Shown: piece after piece, positions 50,577 to 64,000 of the stretch
How positions within the stretch are numbered: the stretch's first letter is position 1
Layout of the letters: the number at the start of each line of letters is the position of its first letter
Source: Carcharhinus amblyrhynchos
Taxonomy: Eukaryota
DNA length: 64,000 nucleotides
Direction of reading: 5' to 3'
NCBI GenBank assembly: GCA_965287045.1
Contig: OZ336883.1
Location: 4,278,001 to 4,342,000, forward strand
Notes under the pieces: generated by a model
What the model saw: the letters and a program-made list of their open reading frames with translations, nothing else
What the model was told of the DNA's origin: nothing
The model's database searches: none
Translations under genes and position numbers: made by a program

Positions 50577-52260
50577 TGTGATAGTATAGCTCATTTAAAG
50601 GGTGTACCCTGATGGCCACATGGCCGGGTCAGACCTTACGGAGTGTCGAGGCAGGAAGCTGGGCCAATTGAGTACGAAGGCACATAACCCGGTCAGGAAG
50701 AATCAGCATTAGAGCCAGGAAGGAGTTGTCTACAGTCACATAGTTATTTTGTCGAACACTATTTAAGAACATAAGAACTAGGAGCAAGACTAGGCCATCT
50801 GGGCCCTCGAACCTGCTCCCCAATTCAATAAGATCATGGCTGATCTTTTCATAGACTCAACTCCACTTACCCACCCGCTCACCTTAATTCCTTTACTGTT
50901 CAAAAATTTATCTATCTTTGCCTTAAAAAAATTCAATGAGGTAGCCTCAATTGCTTCACTGGGCAGGGAATTCCACAGATTCACAATCTTTAGTGTGAAG
51001 AAGTTCCTCCACAACTCAGTCCTAAATCTGCTCCCCCTTATTTTGAGGCCATCTCTCTTAGTTCTAGTTTCACCCATCGATGGAAATAACTTCCCTGCTT
51101 CTATCTTATCTATTCCCTTCATAATCTTATGTGTTTCTATAAATCTCCCCTCATTCTTCTGAATTCCAATGAGTATAGCCCCAGTCTACTCAGTCTCTCC
51201 TCATAAGCAAATCCTCTCAACTCTGGAATCAACCTAGTGAATCTCCTCTGCGCCCCTTCCAGTGCCAGTTTATCCTTTCTCAACTAAGGAGACCAAAACT
51301 GTACACAGTACTCCAGATGTGGCCTCACCAGCACTTCATACAGCTGCAACATAATCTCTCTGTTTTTAAACTCCATCCCTCTCGCAATGAAAGACAAAAT
51401 TCCATTTGCCTTAATTACCTGCTGCACCTGCAAACCAACTTCTTGTGATTCTCGCACAAGAACACCCAGGTTCCTCTGCACAGCAGCATGCTGCAATTTT
51501 TTACCATTTAAATATAATTTGTATATATAGTTAATCACTGCTTTAGCAATAAAATATTTTGTTTTGAAGCCTCATTGAGTCACGCTCAATTTATTGCACT
51601 AGAAATTTTCTAAATTCGTTGAGGATTGCAGTGCACAGCTAGACGGGGAAGGGACTGGAGCAAGGAGAATAAGAAAAAGCAAGGTAAATGCACTTTGTTA
51701 AAATGCTTTTGATCAGGAAATTTAAGTGCCCCTATAGTTGCTAAACAGCAGACCTCTTAGAATGAAAGTCAACACTGGGGCTAAGGCTTCAGTCGTAGAG
51801 GAACAGGTATTTTGTTACTTTCAAAAAGGCCTCCAATCATTGAGACTTAACGGATCTGAAGCTATATTGGCAATCTATACCGAAAAGACATTTCCTATAA
51901 GGATCAAATGGTGCAGTTACCTGTTTTGGTAATTAAGTGGCATCAGCTTTGTTTAGTGGGGCTTGATTGGCTTTAGCAGATTAAACTGAATTGGTTAGGG
52001 ATATTAAATCTGCGAGATAGGGATGCAGAAACTGTTATGTAAGTAATCTGATGTCTTCCAAAGCGAATTAGAATGGATAAGGGGAGCTAAAACTAAACTA
52101 TATTTCAATCTGGATCAAAAACACCAGATTTTTTTCAGGGCTCATTCTGTGCCTTATGAGCTTCATTATAAGGTTGAAGTTGAGTTCAAGAGACTGAAAG
52201 TTTTAGGTATCATAGAGCCTGTTCAATTTTCAGAATGGGCCACATCCCTTTAAGGGGAGT
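50577..52260 (+). mobile_element. Decayed Gypsy element (LTR-like start, protease and RT remnants) interrupted by a CR1 at about 50765-51515 (-)
   Basis: LNSRPLRMKVNTGAKASVV (protease DTG-like) and RLKVLGIIEPVQFSEWA (RT N-terminus). Confidence 0.7.
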
Positions 52261-52289
52261 ACACGAGCAAAGGAGCCTCTGGTCCTAAA

Positions 52290-53625
52290 CGCTCCCACAA
52301 GGGGAAATAGCCTCTCAACATCTACCCTGTCAAGTCCCTGAGAACCTTTATGTCTCAATTAGGTCACTTGAGAATCCTATATGTCTCAATAAGGTCACCT
52401 CTCATTCTTCGAAACTCCAATGGGTACAGGCCCAGCTTATTCAACCTTTCCTCATAAAAAATCCATCCATACTCAGGGTCAATCGAGTGAAACTTCTCTG
52501 GATTGCCTCTGATGCCAGTATATTTTTCCTTAAATAAAGGAACTAAAACTGTTCACAGAATTCAAGGCATGATCTAACTATATAGTTTTAGCAAGACTTC
52601 CCTATTTTTATACTCCACGCCCTTTGAAATAACTCATTGGAGTTTAGAAGGATGAGGGGGGATCTTGTAGAGACGTATAAGATAATGAAGGGGATGGATA
52701 GGGTAGAGGTAGAGAATTCTTCCCGCTTAGAAAGGATAGCAGGACTAGAGGGCACAGCCTCAAGGGGGGGGCAGTTTAGATCAGAATTGAGGAGGAACTT
52801 CTTCACTCAAAGGGTGGTGAATCTCTGGAATTCTCTACCCGTTGAAGTGGTGGAGGCTACCTCGCTGAATATATTTAAGTCACGGGTAGATAGGTTTCTG
52901 ATAGACAGGAGAATTAAAGGTTATGGGGAGAAAGTGGGAAAGTGGAACTGATCCACTTCAGATCAGCCATGATCTTATTGAATGGAGGGGCAGGCTCGAA
53001 GGGCTAGATGGCCTACTCCTGCTCCTATTTCTTATGTTCTTATAAAGGCCACCATCCCATTTACCTTTGTGAATGTTTTATGGGTATACCAAAGAGAAAA
53101 CTTGTCTGCCTTCAGCACAAATCAGAAATTTAGATGGCAGTGTCTAAATATGCATTGGAAAGGGTACAGCAGAGATTTACCAGGTTTGGAGGATATGGAC
53201 TCTGGAGAAAGGTTGAACAAACTTGGATTGTTTTCACTGGAGCATCAGAGGATGAGGGGAGACCAGATAGAGGTTTACAGGATTATGACAGGCTTGGATA
53301 GAGTGGGTAGTCTGAGTCCTTTTCCCAGGGTCGAAGGGTCAATTTCTTGGGGGCAGACGTTGAGAGTGAGGGGGGGAATGTTTAAAAGAGATTTAAGGGG
53401 CACGTATTTCACAGAGGGTGGTGAATGCCTGGAACGCGCTGCCAGAGGAGATGATGGAAGCAGATTCTACAACAATGTTCAAGAGGCATCTGGATAGATA
53501 CATAAATAGACAAGGAATAGAGGGATATGGATCACGTAGAGGCAAGAAAATATTAGAGAAGCATCTGTGTTGGCCCAGACTTTGAGGGCTGAAGGGCCTG
53601 TTCCTATGCTTTGTTCTTTCTTTCT
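52290..53625. mobile_element. Cluster of CR1 3' fragments
   Basis: ORFs 52637-52951 and 52982-53497, with tails. Confidence 0.85.
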
Positions 53626-54559
53626 TTGTATCCACAATTTCCAACCATTCTTATTTTTTGAAAAATGTTGCCAATTCAGATATACAGATTGTAGTTTGAT
53701 GAACTAGGAGTCTAGGATGGTTTGAGTCCAGCATAGTTTGAGTCCTATTCTCTTTCTCCAGCTACCTCATAAGATTACCCTACCCACTCACTGCATCCCC
53801 CCACCCCCAACCCAACCTCCTCTCCTGCCCACTGGACTGTAATTTGTTCAATGCTCCAAAATTCCTTCGCATTTCTATTGGACTCCTTGTCACTTGCAAG
53901 ACTCCCCATTGCCAAATCTTTCCTTTTTCACAACTGATTAGGCCATGTTCCCAAGCATCACTAATGCAGAAATTAACTCCCAGTGTTTCCAGATCATGAA
54001 ACTCCCCTCCCAAATTTTCTCAGATGCAACAATCCCTCTCAGTGATAGCAGATTCTACTCCAGAATCTGTGTTGCAGGATTACTGAGAATCTCTTATAAT
54101 GTTTCCTGGCTCTGGGGAAAAGAATCACTGTCAGATTGCAGCTTGACCCTCAAGACTCTCAAATCTGGCTATGCTAGACTCGTGGCATCTTTCATACCAT
54201 TTTCTATCCCAGGAAATGCTTCATATTGATAAGTTAGGCAGTTTCCATGGTAATATGATTCTTATAAAACGTCTGATTGTCCAGGAGGAAAGGACAGTGC
54301 ATTTGGTAAGCTGTCATCCTGTTTTAATGTTTCTCAGGTTTCCAGGTGACTCCTTAATTTGTTAACTGCATGTCAGCATCCATTTACAGAAAGGCTGACA
54401 ATGCCATCTATAGTTCAGACCTCACTATTGCTTCACCATTGCATTTTCACACAAAAACTACACTTCAACAACCCTCCACCCCAGCCTTTGTATAATGTAC
54501 TAACCAACCAGAATCTTCCCTTCTTTATTGTTGACAAAAGATTCACACGTTTAGCTATG

Positions 54560-54965
54560 AGAGATTAGGTAAACTGAGATTGTTCTCCCTGGAAAGACAG
54601 AGAATGAGGGGCGACCTAATAGAGATGTATAAAATTATGAAGGGCATAGATAGAGTGAACAGTGGGAAGCTCTTTCCCAAGTCGGAGGTGACAATCACAA
54701 GGGGTCACAGGTTCAAGGTGAAGGGGGCGAGATTTACCTCAGATATCAGGGGGAAGTATTACACAGAGGGTGGTGAGGGCCTGGAATGCACTGCCAAGCA
54801 GGGTGGTGGAGGTGGACACGCTGGGATTGTTTAAGACTTATCTGGATAGCCACATGAACAGTCTGGGAATGGAGGGATACAAACGAGTGGTCTAGTTGGA
54901 CCAATGAGCGGCGCAGGCTTGGAGGGCCAAAGGGCCTGCTTCCTGTGCTGTATTGTTCTTTATTC
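54560..54965 (+). mobile_element. CR1 3' fragment
   Basis: FSLERQRMRGDLIE... plus the tail. Confidence 0.88.
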
Positions 54966-55649
54966 AAGAAAAATGAATCTCCACATTAACATATTACAGA
55001 GTAAAAATGTATTACAAATTGGTCCTCTGTCCATTTCTTTTCCAGTTGGAAAATGGTAGTGGGGGTGAGAGAGGAACCGATTTCACAGGTAGCATTCCAT
55101 ATCCTAACTGTACCTGCATTACAGGCATCCAGCAATAACGGATAAAGAAAAACATGCATTCTATCAAGCCTTTCACAACTGTCAGGTGTCACAAAGTGCC
55201 TCACAGCCAATTAAGTACTTTTGAATTGTAGTCACTATTGCAATGGAGGAAATTTGGTAAACAAGTTGTGCAAATCAAGATCTCACAAACAGCAATGCTA
55301 TGGGATACATATTAGCTGGCATATTGGGTGCAACTCCCCTACTCTACTTCAAAATAGTGACCATGGGATTTTTAATGTCCACCTGTGCGGACAGATGGGG
55401 CCTCGGCTTAACATCCCATTCTTGGAATATGTTATTAGAAAAGAGCATATTTGGGGATCACAGCCAAGAAATTCCACCAACTACGCTCATTGGAACGGAT
55501 GTTGAGTGGTTTAATCAGTGATCTTGAAAAGAGCATACTGAAAAAAAAACTGGTCCAAGGGTCATGTTTTTTAAGTATAATATGCCTCCTAGGACGCACT
55601 TCGGAACTTCTTGCGCTTGGCCAGTGGGATTCAGATTCCTTTGACTGGT

Positions 55650-55990
55650 ACGACCCAACATGGTCTCTTTTGGTGCAGGCTGCGTCAAACGAGAGATTGA
55701 TGCCGGCTAACATGAGGTAATGTGCTTGCTCACGGAAGGTGTAAAGTGATTTCCCCTCCCGCCACAGGCTGCCCTCCCGGTCAGGCTTCTTCGCTGCCGC
55801 GGCCGTTAACATTCAAACCAAGCTCCCGCACCGCGCCTCCCGCCAAAACCAGGAGCGGGGAGCATGCGCACTGCTGTCAGACGGCCGGCACGCCGTTGGC
55901 GGGCATCCGGGCGCATGCGTAGGTTGAATGTGGTGCCTGAGGTGGGTGAGTTCTCCATTAGCTCGGATTGTACAGCTTTCAGCAGCCTGC
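55650..55990. promoter_or_regulatory. CpG island promoter with NRF1-type motifs
   Basis: Non-repeat CpG-dense block; GCATGCGCA at 55862-55870 and GCGCATGCG at 55911-55919. Confidence 0.7.
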
Positions 55991-57409
55991 AGCTCATCTC
56001 ACTCCACACATAACACTTTCAATCTTAATACTCCCTGTTAAAAATCTGTTTCGAGGCAAACGGTCGTTTGGAACATTTCCTCCCTTTAAAAACGAAGCTT
56101 TAAGAACATAAGAACATAAGAAATAGGAGCAGGAGTAGGCCATCCAGCCCTTCGAGCCTGCCCCGCCATTCAATAAGATCATGGCTGATCTGTCGCTGCT
56201 CAGTTCCACTTTCCCGCCCTGTCCCCATAACCCTTAATCCCCTCTCCTATCAAAAACCCATCAACCCGCGTCTTAAAAATATTTAGCGAGGTAGCCTTTC
56301 GATCAGTTCAAGTCAGGCTCACTGTTGACACCTGCATCTTTGACCCAATAATAGGCATGTTGCTTCCTATTTTCTGCAAAAATACTTTTTTTACATTTGC
56401 AAACATTTCCCTGTTACTAATTCACAGGACAGCTGACACTTTACTGCAGACATACTGGTTAAACTGTAACCATAGACTGAAAAATCACATTTCATGATAA
56501 TGGTTGCTTAATTATTTGTTTTTTCATACTTGGGAAAAATTGCCCATCTCTGACCATCTCACTTGGCCACTTTCTTAAATTGCTGTTGTGGTTTAATACA
56601 ACTCGGTGGCTTCCTTAGGTCACTTCAAAGCTTAGTTTATAGTTACAGAATCCTACAGCACTGAAAGAGGCCATTCTGCCCATCATTTCCTGAACCTGAT
56701 CTTTGAAAGCCTAATCACCCTCAATCTTCCCTTCCTCAACCCACCATCTCTCAAACCTCCATCCCCCCCCCCCCACCTTCAACACTCAATCCCTCCTCCT
56801 TCACTCCCTTTCCCCCTACTTCACCTCTTTTCCCTCTCCTTCATACCCTTTCCCTCCTCTCTTGCCCCCTTCCCCCAGTAGGAAAGTTCTGATGGTGGAA
56901 GCATGAGAGTGTTCAGGGAGACCCATTTCTTTCCTGGCTCCTTAAACAATGAGCCAAATCTGACAGCAGCCTTCATCCAGGAAGGTGCCTCCTGGAACTG
57001 TAACAGCATTTGGCTACTGTAAGTCTGCAAGGAGTAGCTACAACGCAGTAGGATATGGGGTACAGGAGTACCACCAGCTCACAAGGAGAAACAAGAAAAG
57101 CCTGCAGACAAATCTGTTACCCTAGAATTGAAAAAGGGCCAAGTCAGTCCACGCTAACCCTGCTGTCCCTCAGAACAAACAATGCATTCTGCCCTTCAAT
57201 TAATATCCTTTCTTCCTTATCACAAGCAAGAGCAAATCAAGACAGTGGCATTGATTATAGAACCTCAGCACCAGAGCTACAACCTGTTTAATCTTCCCAG
57301 CCCAATAGTTTATAATAGTTTATGACTTTGATCATGTAACTTCTCTAAGGTTTCGTTAAACCCCAGAAGTTTAGACAATCACTTCATTTATCCTATGAAA
57401 CATAACCAG

Positions 57410-58075
57410 TGTGATGTTACTTTACCTTGAAGAGGTTTTTGTTTTCTCATGATCACAGCCTTAGATGATGTCACTGCTAGAAGGAAAAAAACTGGGCAGG
57501 CCAGCTTTCTGTTTCATTTTGGATGTTGCATTAGAAGCATAACTGAAAGAAGTTTCTGTCTGTCTGTCTGTCTCGCTCTCTGTTTTTATTTTGAAAGTTT
57601 TACCAGTTAGTTGAACGCACATCTTGATTGCCATTCAGCAGTGTTTTGGTGTTCTGGGTTGTTGATCTGGCTACAACCTGCACTGAGTTTTTAAGATCAT
57701 TTGAAATCAGCTTTCAACCCGGGGAGTAGGATTCCAGTATCACGTGAGCTTTAACCTGTGCAGTGATAAAATTTGTTTGAAGGATTTTGTTTATTGGATT
57801 TTGGTTTTAATTGGAACATTATTAGATATATTCATTAAGGGTTATACATTGTTTTTGGTTGTAGCTGATTAAAGTTCTTGTTATTTTTTACTATACATGT
57901 TAACTATATTCTAAAACAAACTTTGTTTGACAACAGCTCCCCAGTCAGTCTTTCGAATCACACCTGAAGTGTAACATATCATGCTTATCCTAGCCAAATT
58001 CAGCGTAAAAAACTTATGGTTCAGGCGAGCTTCATAAAACAGTTTGAAGTTTCTAACCTGAACCATAACATCACA
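57410..58075 (+). mobile_element. Probable solo LTR
   Basis: 10-bp terminal inverted repeat tgtgatgtta / taacatcaca; no clear TSD. Confidence 0.45.
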
Positions 58076-60661
58076 AAATCTAAGATTAGCTATGTATATT
58101 GTAAAACAATAATAATTGGTCAGAAATTATGGTGTGTTACTTCATTCAATAGATAATATGGCAAGAAAAATATAGTTGAAGATGCAGGCAAAAATTTATC
58201 CCTTGCTCAACATGTTGGGAAGTACTGGATTTAATCAGTAGCAGTATTTCTGAGCTGATAACTGATTTCCATGTGGGAACCATGGAAATTTCAAGCACAG
58301 AAGATAGCTAGTTGGCCCATCATTGTTACTGCACAGCTCTCAGAATGATCCATGTTGTCCTATTTCCCACGCTTACCTGCTTTAAAAAAAAATTCAGTAT
58401 GAACCGTATGATGGAGTCTATTTATACCTATCACTTAGGCCCATGCTCTCCGTTTGCGGAAATGGTTTTCAAAATCTGGAGAGACTTGGAAAGCACGATT
58501 TGCGCTGGTGAGTTTCTGAGTTCCGATCTTCAGGCCTTCTAGCAGGTGGAGTAACGTGAAATACACCTCGAAACCACAGGAAGTTCATTTTAATACATTA
58601 CCTGTCATTTATGAGCATTCTCCCCAGAAGTTCCACCCTTAACTAGACAGAAACCTGCTGTGGGGGTTTCTCTTGGGCCGTAAGCTGGTGGAGAGAGATA
58701 TGGCCAGGAAGTGGCCTGGCAATGCCCCCGGCACTGCCGCTTGGCACTGGTTGGCAATGTGAGGTTGGCAACATGCCCATGCCAACCTGCACCTGGGACA
58801 GACCCAAGTGGGAGTCTCATGTAGGAGTGGGTGGGGAGTTATTCAGATTTGGTGATGGACCAGGAGCAGGAGCTGCTGGTGATGGTCTTTTGGGAGGATG
58901 GGTGGGTACCATCTCCGACTGGGGCTGCAGGAGGAAGGAGCCGGTGATCGGGAGGGAGAAGAAGGGGCCAATGATTGGAGGAAAGGGGCTGATGATTGGG
59001 GGAAAGTTGGGGGAGAGAAATAGCAACTCCAGTCGGGGTGAAGAGGTGAACCACTGAGACCTCTGTGGTCTGTTGAATTCAACTCTTTCATCCAGGTCAG
59101 GACTCAGGCTGTAATGAGAATAGGAGCTGAGTGGCTCTGGTGGAACCCAAATGAGCATCAGTTAGCAGTTTAGTGCTGGGTAAGTGCTGCTTAATAGCAC
59201 TATTGATGACAACCTTCCATCACGTTGTTGATAGTAAAGCGCAGTGATGAAGGGATACTTGGTCAGGTTGGATTTGTCTTGCATTTTGTGGCATGACATA
59301 CCTGGGTTCTTTTCCACATTGCCAGGTAGATGCCAATGTTGTAGCTGCATTGGAACAGTTTGGCTAATAGCTCAGCTAATTTTGGAGCACACGGCTTCAG
59401 TAATATTTCTGTAGCGTTGTCAGGACCTGTAGCTTTTGCAGTATCTGAACCTTCAGTCGTTTCTTGGTAAAGTGAATTAAATTGATTGAAGAATGGCTCT
59501 GGGATATTAGCATCCTCTAATTTTGGATCTTGCACCTACTCAATTTTAATTTCTCCATCATTGGTAACTGACGCCTGGGAACTAGGGTTCCTTCCACAAA
59601 CTTCTCCACCTCTCTACCTCTTTCTTCATTTACTTTCTCCTTAAAGTCTAGTCCTTTGGCCAAGCGTTTAGTCATCTGTACTAATTCTCCTCTTATACGA
59701 TTTGGAATCACATTTAGATGGATATTGTTCCTGTGAAACACATTGGGATATTTTATTATGGTGATCATGTTGCAAGTTGTTGTTTATCTGATTTTCCAGC
59801 ATTTCTGACTTTCCCTGTAACCCTGTCACTACCCTATATTTCTTCATTTTTCACAGAGTCAGTTTTTATGCATGGTGGGCATTAACCAGGAGTAACATGT
59901 ACTATTTTCGTGTTCAAGCTGTGTTTTAATTTGATTGGTGAGCTGCCAGCCTTGAACAAGCATTGACAAGTAGCATTTTGATGAGGAGAGGTGGGAGGAG
60001 CAGGGAGAGACTGTCACTGGGTTGAACGCTTTTTTCCTGCATAATAGTCAATGGATTTACTTTCATAGCAGCTTGCAGGAGTCCTTTAAGAACCACTGAT
60101 TAATGCACTCTAAATCCAGGAACAATAGACTCACGTTCTGCGTGTTAGTACCTGAAACTACCACTCTGTGGAATGTTTTGGGCAGAAGCATTGCTTGGTA
60201 AATTTTGATTTAAATGTCTGATTTAAGTTTATCATAGTTTTCCTGTATAGTCTGCCTTTTATCCCTCAACATGTCTTCTCAGTTGGTCACATCACTAGGT
60301 CGGCAGTCTCCAGAACACTACAATTCTTTTGCTTTGTATTTCCATTTTGAATATTGTTTCTTTTGGAGTCATAGGGTGTGATTTAAGTGCCCAACAGGCC
60401 AGAAAATGGGAGGTTTTCCTGCCTGTTTTTTAGGTGAACCGACTTTTGATAATTTACGGCACTGTGCAGTACAGAGGCCGTCAGAAGAATCAAGCCAGGA
60501 AGGAGGCCAAGTCCCACTGGAAAGGCCAGCAGCAGGGTGCTCAGGAAGCCATTGCCCTGCACCAATCTCCCAATATTCTGGGAGATCGGATGGCATGCTG
60601 CCCCTCCCCCCGATCACCAGCTTCCTAATGGCCAGTCCAGGCCTCCCAGTCTCCGGCCCTG

Positions 60662-60821
60662 ACATCTGATGGCTGGCCCTGGCCTCTGGATGGCCGACCT
60701 TGATCTCTAATGGCTGGTCCCGACCTCTGATGGCTGGTCCCGGCCTCTGATGGCTGGTCCCGGCCTCTGATGGCTGGCCCTGACCACTGATGGCTGGCCC
60801 GGACCTCCGATCGCTGGCCCC
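60662..60821 (+). repeat. Minisatellite, about 8 copies of a 20-bp unit (cctctgatggctggtcccgg)
   Basis: Direct tandem repeats visible inside a GC-rich interspersed element (about 60395-61160). Confidence 0.9.
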
Positions 60822-61279
60822 ACATCAGCTCCCATCGTCCGATTCAGAGCTCACCCTTCCCTCCTTGTTTACCTCCTCCTGGTCTGTCTCCACCCTGGCT
60901 AGTCCCATCCCCATGAGTCCTTGCCCTGTGAAGCCTCTCCCCCATGGCACAGACCTCCTGGGGGGCCTCTAGCCCGCAATCAAGGCCATCAGATCCTGAT
61001 TACTGGGGACCATCTGTGATCGCTGCTAGTGGGAGCCTTCACTGGCAAGGTCAGAAACCCAAGTTAGCCCGGACAAATGTGTCCCGGGCCTGCTAAATAG
61101 ATTTAAATCAAGTTATGAATATTTAAATCAGCCTCGTGCTGTTCCCCAGCTTGAGGCTAATTGCATTATAAAAAATGGCCTAGGAAGATCACGACATGCC
61201 AGATGCTGGTTGCGATTCGCATCATTGGCCTCTGGCTGACATTGCTTGCTGTTTGAATAGCATAGTGGGATGAGAAAAT

Positions 61280-61755
61280 CCATCGAGTTTTACAGCCCAG
61301 AAAGAGGCCCTTTGGCTCATCGTGTCTTGGCTGGCCATCAAACCTATTTATTCTAATCTCAGTTTCCAGCACTTGGCCCGTAGCCTTGTATGATATGGCA
61401 TTTCACATGCTCATTAAAATACCTCTTAAATATTATGTGGGTTCCAGCCTCTATCACTGTTTAGGCCAGTGAATTCCAGCTTCCCTCCACCCTCTGGGTG
61501 AAAACAAATTTCCTCAAAGCCTCTCTGAGTCTCCAGTTTCTCACCTTAAATCTATGTTCCCTGGCTATTTAACCCTCTACAATGGGGAAATGTTTCTTCC
61601 TATCTACACCATCTATATTCTGCATAGCTTTGAAGAGATTCCCCCTCAGCTTTCTCTGCCCTAAGGAAAACAACCCCAGCCTAACCAACTTCTCTTCATA
61701 ACTCAAACACTCCAGCCCAGGCAACACCCTGGTGAATCTCCTCTGCACCCTCTAT
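61280..61755 (-). mobile_element. CR1 3' fragment
   Basis: Tail ggccctttggctcatc and RT end ggtgaatctcctctgcaccctct. Confidence 0.85.
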
Positions 61756-62515
61756 ATATTTACTTCTTCCTTGTATTTCTTTATTCACTATATTTTTCTT
61801 TTTTTAGCTGTATTTCTTTTTATTTTCTCTATGATTTTGTCTCCCATTATTCTGTCTCTTTTAGCTGTAGTATCTATCTTTTCCTTGTCTTCTCTGTTTT
61901 TTACCATTTTTCTCTTGCCTGTATTTAAGCTTTAATGAAAAAAAGGTGCTTTGATGCTATCCATACAGTCGCATATTCCTATATAATATTCCTCTTCTCA
62001 TCCCACTCTGGGAGCATAGAAATCCAACACATTTCTAATGTAGTCCAAACAACTCCTAAACTTCTACAAATAGCAATTTTCATTTTTTTGTTATGTCTTA
62101 ACAAGAGGGAGGACTTACAAGTAAACAAGATCATGATTGCCTGCTGGAATGGCAAAACAGGAATCACTTTAAGGCGGGTCAAACATTGCTGAGTGTTTTA
62201 TCGGAGATCTGCAATTAAGGGTAGTTACAGTTTAACTGTCGGAAACTCAGCTCTTTTTTTGCTTATGCAGAGTTCTATTTGTTTTGTATAGCACATGTTG
62301 GCAGATAAAAATAAGTTTAAAGATTATCTGGCCTGACAATATTGAGTGCTGCTCTGAGAGACTGAGGCTGTCCAGTGAGTGGAACAAAGTACATAGTCCA
62401 TATCTTCATTATAGAACCTTTATTTTCGCAGATCCAGTTTGCTGTGTTTAGGCTGTGAACCTGGCTGTGTGTCACTGGCCATCCCCTTTTACTCAAACTG
62501 GAATCGGAGACAAAA

Positions 62516-62803
62516 ATGGTATGTGGTAATCACAGGCATGACTGGGGGTGGCAATTTCTTGCCCTCCTTATTCCTATTATATTTCCTGCACTGCTGGTGA
62601 AAAGTCACCCCCAGTGCTTGGATTTTAAGCCTCCTTTCCGGCCAGTGAATGGTCTGTCATTCTGTACCATGTACAGTCAATTTGGTTGTTGTGACTCCAC
62701 CAAAGATAGGGAAATCATGAATCGTTTCTACAGAATTGTGGATAATTTTGACTACTCTCTGTATGCCACATGTGCTGCGTACATCCAGGATATTCTGTGC
62801 GGG
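62516..62803 (+). CDS. HHIPL1: HHIP-like protein, first coding exon (signal peptide and start of the Cys-rich domain); the gene continues past the window
   Basis: Hydrophobic leader then HPQCLDFKPPFRP...FC.MY..FGCCD...CA.YIQDILC; phase-0 donor ggg|gtaagt at 62804. DFKPPF and MY favour HHIPL1 over HHIPL2. Confidence 0.85.
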
Positions 62804-64000
62804 GTAAGTGACTTTAATTGGATGTTACTATAATCTATAATTTTGCTTCCTCCAGTCTCAATTACTCCAGTGCTCTCATGAGCAGTCTCCCATCCTCCAC
62901 CCTCCTTAAACTTGAGCTTTTCCAAAACTGTACTGTCCACCTCCTAACTTGTAACAGGATCCACTTTACTAATACAAATGTGTATACATGTATACAAATA
63001 TACAAATTAGGAGTAGGCTACTTGACCCCTCAAGCCTGCTCCTCCATTCAAAAAGATCATGGTTGGTCTGATTGTAACTTCAACTTCACATCCCACCTAC
63101 CCTCATTAACTTTTCACCCCCTTCCTGTTGCCTCCATCCTCACTGGCTTTCATTGGCTCAAGCTATTCAGCAATATGCAGATATCAAATTTCCATCCTCG
63201 AGATCAAGATAGATTAACTGAGGAAGATTAAAATGCCCCATATTTTCTCATATGCTTCATGTAACAGAAAAAGGTAGTGACACTAAGTGGTTACATAAGA
63301 TTCAATATTAAACCCTAAAAATGGTGTAAGTATCACATTTTATGTACATATTTATATATTAATTAGTTATTACTTCCCAAAGCCTTTTCTCATCTTATGC
63401 TATGCCTCCAACCAGTTTGGCTTGAATATGAATCTAGGCGCTTGAGCTAGAGGGACAGAACCACCTATTCCTACCAAAGAATGAGGCCTTCATTTATCTT
63501 TGACTGGACTGGATTTTAACCTAGTTCCCAGAGAAAAAGTCTTAATAGTTCAATGAATTAGCCTATTCCCAGCAGACATAGAACTTCAGCTCAAATAGAA
63601 ACAGAAAATTCTGGAAATACACGGCAGATCAAATAAAAATATATTTTCTGAAACAGTGGAGAAGAAACTAGTTTAAATGTTTTTGGAAATGAATTCAATA
63701 ATTTTGCTTATTTTTCCGCATCTTGAACAAATATCCTTTACAATTTTAAATTTAGAGGTTAAAGTAAAAGCTTGTGAATCAAAATTGCAGAGGATTTTGC
63801 TGTAGAGCAAGTCCCAGCAAATCTCAACTATGTGAGACAAGCTAATCCTGATTGGCAAACTCCAACAGGCTCACTAAAGGCACGTCCACATAGAGATGGA
63901 ATGTGGTTTGTTGATAGAGTAATTAAATATTAAACAGCACGTGTAGTTTTGATCATTTCTGTGTATGGAGGCTGCGCACAGTTTCTCTTTACAGATGGTA

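Noticed and set aside
60662-60821. CRISPR-like array
   Set aside because: Repeats are contiguous with no unique spacers, and the context is eukaryotic.

Overview
Eukaryotic vertebrate DNA, most likely from a cartilaginous fish (inferred from the repeat landscape of CR1 LINEs, tRNA/V-domain SINEs, Penelope, Rex/Babar, L2, RTE, Gypsy and hAT elements). Most of the window is transposon-derived. There are two recognisable host genes: an intronless class A GPCR of the GPR4/GPR65/GPR68 family (48769-49713, +) and the first coding exon of an HHIPL1-like gene (62516-62803, +). A CpG island with NRF1-type motifs sits near 55.8 kb, and scattered minus-strand exons suggest an unidentified, probably decaying, multi-exon gene. 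The most interesting signals are: (1) the GPCR has lost both cysteines of the canonical TM3-ECL2 disulfide, the acidic 4.53 residue and the typical His residues; (2) a CR1 3'UTR module (splice acceptor, covarying hairpins, B-box-less SINE) occurs twice; (3) a solo LTR carries a tRNA-Phe gene in U3; (4) a 1.47-kb near-perfect palindrome has template-switch junctions; (5) several minimal hammerhead-ribozyme motifs lie in Penelope termini. Everything was read by eye, so repeat boundaries are approximate unless a TSD or junction is quoted.
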